Positions 58,812-64,000 of a stretch of 64,000 bases of DNA are shown here, in pieces. Where the stretch lies: positions 2,336,001-2,400,000 of the forward strand of contig OY781945.1 of assembly GCA_963677435.1 (NCBI GenBank), in the 5' to 3' direction. Each line of letters begins with the position of its first letter. The first letter of the stretch is position 1. The notes beneath the pieces are model-generated. The model worked only from the letters and a program-made list of their open reading frames with translations, did not search any database and was not told the DNA's origin. The translations under genes were made by a program, and so were the position numbers. Origin of the DNA: an uncultured Aliarcobacter sp. Its GTDB lineage: Bacteria > Campylobacterota > Campylobacteria > Campylobacterales > Arcobacteraceae.

Positions 58812-60725
58812 GTGAAACAACACATGGCAAAATTCTCAATAAAAAGGTTTTCAATAGAAAGATTACTTATAAAAAGGTCTTCAATTAATATGAAACTTTT
58901 GATATTTCCATTAATCTTTTTAATTATTATTTTAGTTTTTGGTTTTACCAATAGTTATTTTAGTTCAAAAGCGAAATTAGGAGTAGAAACTGCAATAACT
59001 ATTGATAAATACATAATCAAGTCTTTGCATGCAAAAATTACTGCAAAAGAATTTTCAAGTAACATTGATGAAGATACAGCGGATAAAGTAAAAGATGCCT
59101 TTAAAAGATTATATTCAGATGTAAATAAACTTAAAGATATAAAAATAGAGTTTATTCAAGATAATCTTCAAGTCGTAAATGAAATCTTAAAAGATATAAA
59201 AGAGTATGAAGATATATTTGATAAATATTCAACACAAAAGATATCTAATTCTCATAATAGAATTTATAAAGATACAAATGAAATTGAGACAATGTTAGAA
59301 AAGATGGTGGACTCAACTCAATCTATAGAAAGAAACTTAAACAAAATTCATAATCAATCATTAAAATATAAAGAAGAAGCTTTAGATATTCAAGATAAAG
59401 TACTAATAATCTTATCTATTGTTTTTATAATATTGTTTAGTTTAATTTCATTTATTATTTCAAGAATAGTTATAAAATCTTTTAATAATTTTAAAAATGG
59501 ATTATTGTCATTCTTCTCATACTTAAATAAAGAAAAAGAAGAAGTTGAATTTCTTAATGACAAAAGTAAAGATGAATTTGGTGAGATGGCAACTGTTGTT
59601 AATAGTAGTATTAAATTAATTCAAGAAAATCTTCAAAAAGATGAAGCTTTAATTATTGAAACAGTAAAAATTCTAGATAAATTTAAAAATGGTGATTTAT
59701 CTCAAAGAATTAATAAAAATTCAAATAATCCAGCACTTAATGAATTAAAAAGTGTATTTAATGATATGGGGCATGCCCTTGAAGAAAATATCAATAATAT
59801 TTTACATGTATTAGAGAAATATACAAAACTTGATTACTTGGATAAAGTTAACCCAAATAACTTGGAAGAACATTTATTAAAATTAGCATTTGGGGTAAAT
59901 AATTTAGGTGATTCAATAACAGAGATGTTAGTAGAAAATAAATCAAATGGATTAACATTAGATAGAAGTTCTAATATGTTAATTGAAAATGTAAATAAAC
60001 TAAATGTAAACTCAAATAAAGCAGCAGCATCTTTAGAAGAGACATCTGCGTCTTTAGAACAAATAACATCAAATATAAGAAACAATACGCAAAATATTGA
60101 AAAAATGGCAAGATATTCAAACAATGTAACAGCCTCAGCATCAGAAGGAGAGAGATTAGCAAATCAAACAACTCAATCTATGGATGAAATAAATACACAA
60201 GTAAATCTGATAAATGAAGCAATAACTGTAATTGACCAAATAGCATTCCAAACAAATATTCTTTCTTTAAATGCAGCCGTAGAAGCAGCAACTGCAGGAG
60301 AAGCAGGAAAAGGATTTGCAGTAGTTGCAGCAGAAGTGAGAAACCTTGCAAATAGAAGTGCAGATGCAGCTCGTGAGATAAAATCAATAGTTGAAAATGC
60401 AAGAAAAAAAGCGGATGATGGAAAAGTAATAGCAAGTAATATGATATCAGGATATAAAGAGTTAAATGAAAATATCCAACAAACTATAAAATTAATTTCA
60501 AATATAGAAATTTCAAGTAAAGAGCAACTTTCTGGAATTGAGCAAATAAATGATGCAGTTACAGAGCTAGATCAACAAACACAGCAATATGCTAGTGTAG
60601 CATCTCAAACCCATGATGTTTCAATAATAACTGATAGAATCGCAAAATTAGTTGTTACAAATGCAAATAATAAAGAGTTCCACGGTAAAGATGATGTTAA
60701 AGCTAAAAAAATAAAAAATATTTAG
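58812..60725 (+). CDS. Methyl-accepting chemotaxis protein
   Basis: Two TMs, HAMP-like segment, [37 protein letters not shown]. Start uncertain (58812 or 58824). Confidence 0.94.
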   Translation: MKQHMAKFSIKRFSIERLLIKRSSINMKLLIFPLIFLIIILVFGFTNSYFSSKAKLGVETAITIDKYIIKSLHAKITAKEFSSNIDEDTADKVKDAFKRLYSDVNKLKDIKIEFIQDNLQVVNEILKDIKEYEDIFDKYSTQKISNSHNRIYKDTNEIETMLEKMVDSTQSIERNLNKIHNQSLKYKEEALDIQDKVLIILSIVFIILFSLISFIISRIVIKSFNNFKNGLLSFFSYLNKEKEEVEFLNDKSKDEFGEMATVVNSSIKLIQENLQKDEALIIETVKILDKFKNGDLSQRINKNSNNPALNELKSVFNDMGHALEENINNILHVLEKYTKLDYLDKVNPNNLEEHLLKLAFGVNNLGDSITEMLVENKSNGLTLDRSSNMLIENVNKLNVNSNKAAASLEETSASLEQITSNIRNNTQNIEKMARYSNNVTASASEGERLANQTTQSMDEINTQVNLINEAITVIDQIAFQTNILSLNAAVEAATAGEAGKGFAVVAAEVRNLANRSADAAREIKSIVENARKKADDGKVIASNMISGYKELNENIQQTIKLISNIEISSKEQLSGIEQINDAVTELDQQTQQYASVASQTHDVSIITDRIAKLVVTNANNKEFHGKDDVKAKKIKNI

Positions 60726-60742
60726 AAGCTTACAAAAGATTA

Positions 60743-60780
60743 AATAAAACTCTAGGAATTATTATTCCTAGAGTTTTATT
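60743..60780. terminator. Bidirectional terminator hairpin
   Basis: AATAAAACTCTAGGAAT-TATT-ATTCCTAGAGTTTTATT between convergent genes. Confidence 0.75.
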
Positions 60781-60787
60781 ATGAAAA

Positions 60788-63076
60788 CTAGACTAAATCC
60801 AACAACTTCTCATACTTAAACTCATTTATAAAGTTTTTAATATATATTTCTAAATCAGAAGATACCTGATAATCTTTTAAAAGTTTAAAAACACCTTCAT
60901 TATCCATTAACAGGGCTTTTACCTTTAATTTTTCAAAAAACTCTTTTGGAAGATTTTTTAACTCTTTTGACAAATCAATTTCTTCATCTAGTTTTTCATT
61001 ATATTCAAGTTCAATTTTCAAATATTTTTCTAAAACTATCAAAATATCTTTTTCTTCAACAGGTTTTGGTAAAAAATCATTCGCACCTGCATTTAAAGCT
61101 TGTTTTTTATCCTCTTCAAAAACATTTGCGGTAAGTGCAATAATTGGAATATTTGAATTTTTTTCTTTTTTTCTGATAATTTGAATAGTTTGTAAACCAT
61201 CTAAATCTTCCATCAAAATATCCATAAAAATCAAATCGATTTTTTTATTTTGATTATCAAAGAGTTCTAAAGCTTCATTTCCACTTATTGCTTCTAAAGT
61301 TTTAAATCCATAAGAAGATAAAATTTGCACTATTAAATCCCTATTCTCTTTTATATCATCAACAACTAAAATTGTTTTATCATTTTGTTGATTTTTTACT
61401 CCTATTATCTCTTTTATTTGTGTTTTGATATTTATTTCATCAATATTTGCTTTTTTAAAATTTATACTAAAATAGAATTCACTTCCAAATTGTAGTTTAC
61501 TTTTTACATAAATTGTTCCACCCATAAGTGTGATTAACTCTTTTGTAATTGCTAAACCTAAACCTGTTCCTTGTTGGGTGTAATTATCCAGTTTTACTTG
61601 TTCAAAGGGTTTAAAAATTTTCTCTTGATTTTTTATATCAATTCCAATTCCCGTATCTTTTACTTCAAAAAAGAGCATGTTATTTAAAGTATAAATATTT
61701 AAATTTATTTCTCCCTCATTTGTAAACTTTAAAGAGTTTCCTAAAAGATTAATAAGAATTTGTCTCAGCCTTTGTTCATCTGCTTTTATGAAATTAGGTA
61801 AATCATTTGATAAATTTATATTGAATCTTAGATTTTTCCCCTCACATCTAAAAGCAAAAATATCTTCTATCTCTTTTATTAATTCAAAAAAATCGAAGTT
61901 TTTTGGGTAAATCTCTATTTTTCCAGCTTCAATTTTTGATAACTCTAAAATTTCATTTATGATATTTAAAAGATGTTCCCCACTTTTTTTGATGATATTT
62001 AAATTTTCTTTTTCCAAAGTTGTGGCATTCATTGATTTTCTTAAGATATTTGTAAATCCTAAAATAGCATTTAGTGGAGTTCTTAATTCATGACTCATTC
62101 GTGCAAGAAAAATTGATTTTGCTTGATTTGCACTTTTTGCATCTTCCATTGCTTGTTTTAATTGTTGTTCCCCAGTTACGAGTTTTTCAGTATTTTGTTT
62201 AAAAATTTCAACTGCTCCTATCATATCCCCTACTTCATCATCATATTTATTTTTTTCAATTTCAACACTCATATCATTTTGTGAGAGTTTTAACATTACT
62301 CTTCGTAATAAATCTATTGGATAAACGATTCTAAATAAAATGATAAAAAATGACATCAAAAATAAAATAATTGAGATTAAAACAATCACATTTACTGAAA
62401 ATTCTACTTCTTTTAGACTCTGTTTTGTTTCAATAATTTTTTGTTTTGTTCTATTTTCAAAAGCTTTATAAAATCTATCAAGGGGTTCCATAATTCTTAT
62501 TTTTGCAAGGTGATAAGCATCTGAGTGCATGAGTTCTCTTGCAAGGGCAAAATTTGGTTCACCTTTGATTGTGTAGTTTCCCTCTTTATCTAGGAATTTA
62601 CCTTTTATTGCATTTATGGCTTTGTGTTCAAGATTTGTTAATTCATCTGATTCATTCTGAGAAGTAAAAAGTAAATTCAACTCTGATTCTGGGAAATTTG
62701 CTTGAATCATAAGTTCTCGAAGAGGTATCTTTTGCCCATCAAGGATAGGTTTAGTATCATTTAAAGTATAAAAATCCCAAAAAATCCCATTATATCTTTT
62801 TGGTCTTGGTAATTCTCCATTTCTTATTCCTAAAACTGTTTTGTACTGTTCTTCAAACATAGGATTTCCAGTTATTACATAAGTTCTGGCCATTCTAGTT
62901 AAATCATCACTACTTTGTCGTAATTCATCTGCAAGAATGAGTGATTTATACTGCATTTTATAAGCATCTTCAAGTTTTATTGTTGCTTTTTGATATTTAT
63001 TTATTACAAGTGCAACACTTATAAATGAAAATGTGTTTAAAATAAACAATAACATGAAAAGGCTTTTTAATTTCAA
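60788..63076 (-). CDS. Hybrid sensor histidine kinase (periplasmic sensor-HAMP-HisKA-HATPase-REC)
   Basis: [16 protein letters not shown] sensor, [31 protein letters not shown], receiver ILVVDD..FMDI..KP. Confidence 0.95.
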   Translation of the reverse strand: MKLKSLFMLLFILNTFSFISVALVINKYQKATIKLEDAYKMQYKSLILADELRQSSDDLTRMARTYVITGNPMFEEQYKTVLGIRNGELPRPKRYNGIFWDFYTLNDTKPILDGQKIPLRELMIQANFPESELNLLFTSQNESDELTNLEHKAINAIKGKFLDKEGNYTIKGEPNFALARELMHSDAYHLAKIRIMEPLDRFYKAFENRTKQKIIETKQSLKEVEFSVNVIVLISIILFLMSFFIILFRIVYPIDLLRRVMLKLSQNDMSVEIEKNKYDDEVGDMIGAVEIFKQNTEKLVTGEQQLKQAMEDAKSANQAKSIFLARMSHELRTPLNAILGFTNILRKSMNATTLEKENLNIIKKSGEHLLNIINEILELSKIEAGKIEIYPKNFDFFELIKEIEDIFAFRCEGKNLRFNINLSNDLPNFIKADEQRLRQILINLLGNSLKFTNEGEINLNIYTLNNMLFFEVKDTGIGIDIKNQEKIFKPFEQVKLDNYTQQGTGLGLAITKELITLMGGTIYVKSKLQFGSEFYFSINFKKANIDEINIKTQIKEIIGVKNQQNDKTILVVDDIKENRDLIVQILSSYGFKTLEAISGNEALELFDNQNKKIDLIFMDILMEDLDGLQTIQIIRKKEKNSNIPIIALTANVFEEDKKQALNAGANDFLPKPVEEKDILIVLEKYLKIELEYNEKLDEEIDLSKELKNLPKEFFEKLKVKALLMDNEGVFKLLKDYQVSSDLEIYIKNFINEFKYEKLLDLV

Positions 63077-63151
63077 GGAAAATCCTAAATCTCTTTTTAT
63101 CTGTTTTTACCTATAATCTTAACAAACTACAATAGACAAAAGAATAACTAC

Positions 63152-64000
63152 ATGGATAAAAAATATACAATATTAATAATAGATGACAAAACAGAGAATC
63201 TTCACTACTTAAATACTCTTTTAAATGAAAAAGAAGAGTATCAAGTAAGAGCTACAACAGATTCAAATTTTGCAATAAATTCATCTAAACTTAATCCGCC
63301 AAACTTAATACTTTTGGATATAAAAATGCCAAATCTTGATGGTTTTGAGGTTTGCAAACTTTTAAAAAAAGAAGAGAACTTAAAAGATATTCCTATTATT
63401 TTTATTAGCGCTTTGGATGATGTACAAAGTAAAGTAAAAGCCTTTGAAGAAGGTGGAGTTGATTATATAACTAAGCCTTTTGAAAAGGAGGAAGTTCTTG
63501 CTCGAATCAAAACTCAACTAAATATCTTTGAGAGTAAAAAAACCATTTCAAACCTTCTGGAGCAACAAGATTTTTTCTTAAAAAAAATCATCCATGAAAT
63601 GAATACACCACTTAGTATCATAAATTTAAATATTGATAATCTTGAATCAAACATGGGATATAAAGAAGAATTTGAAACGATAAAGGCTTCTGCAAAATCT
63701 CTATCTTCAATCTACAATGATTTATATTATCTAAGTAAAAAAGAAAAAAGAGTTTCTGAACTAACAAATATAAATTTAGTAAGATTCTTATCTTCAAGAT
63801 TGGCTTTTTTTGATGAAATGGCAAATGTAAAAAATATTGATATAAGCTTAGATATTCATGAAGAGTTTGATATTTATATGGATTCTTATGAGTTAGAAAG
63901 AGTTATTGATAACACCCTTTCAAATGCTATAAAATACTCTTTTGAAGATTCAAATATAGATATTATTTTAGAAAAAAAAGAAGATATTTATAGACTTGAA
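63152..64000 (+). CDS. Hybrid REC-histidine kinase (3'-truncated by window edge)
   Basis: Not in the ORF track because it has no stop in the window. ATG 63152 reads MDKKYTILIIDD..LLDIKMP..DYITKPF, then IIHEMNTPLS (H box) and VIDNTLSNAIKY (N box). Confidence 0.92.
   Translation, partial: MDKKYTILIIDDKTENLHYLNTLLNEKEEYQVRATTDSNFAINSSKLNPPNLILLDIKMPNLDGFEVCKLLKKEENLKDIPIIFISALDDVQSKVKAFEEGGVDYITKPFEKEEVLARIKTQLNIFESKKTISNLLEQQDFFLKKIIHEMNTPLSIINLNIDNLESNMGYKEEFETIKASAKSLSSIYNDLYYLSKKEKRVSELTNINLVRFLSSRLAFFDEMANVKNIDISLDIHEEFDIYMDSYELERVIDNTLSNAIKYSFEDSNIDIILEKKEDIYRLE

Noticed and set aside
60150..60370. Sequence similarity to 14950-15140 on the opposite strand (large inverted repeat)
   Set aside because: Explained by the conserved signalling hairpin of two MCP paralogues.

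Overview
AT-rich chromosomal segment. Gene content and style (fused urease gamma/beta subunit, Sel1/Hcp repeats, MCP types, many REC/kinase proteins) point to a Campylobacterota genome, most like Arcobacteraceae; this is inference. In order it holds: a two-component tail; a TetR-regulated TolC/MFP/RND efflux operon; a Tat-exported transglutaminase-like/MerT-like/HMA trio; a complete selenocysteine locus (selD with an in-frame UGA that the ORF track misses, tRNA-Sec, selA, selB); an MCP; an SF1 helicase followed by an uncharacterised GH18-like barrel plus helical-repeat pair; and a ~29 kb organic-nitrogen scavenging region (23.5-52.4 kb). That region holds urease genes split from ureD by an allantoin-catabolism block (gntR-puuE-alc-allA, a polar-amino-acid-type ABC importer, an NCS2 permease), urtABCDE, and a second module (allA paralogue <-> TRAP importer, HpxW-like oxamate amidohydrolase, TSUP exporter). 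The window ends with pstSCAB-phoU, a divergent MCP and a hybrid two-component pair. Best candidates for undescribed biology: (i) the TRAP-HpxW-TSUP module as an oxamate import/deamidation/oxalate export system; (ii) a shared TRTACAG promoter motif linking the nitrogen operons; (iii) the transglutaminase-MerT-HMA trio; (iv) a family of REP-like palindromes next to accessory genes. Family assignments come from recalled motifs, not database searches.
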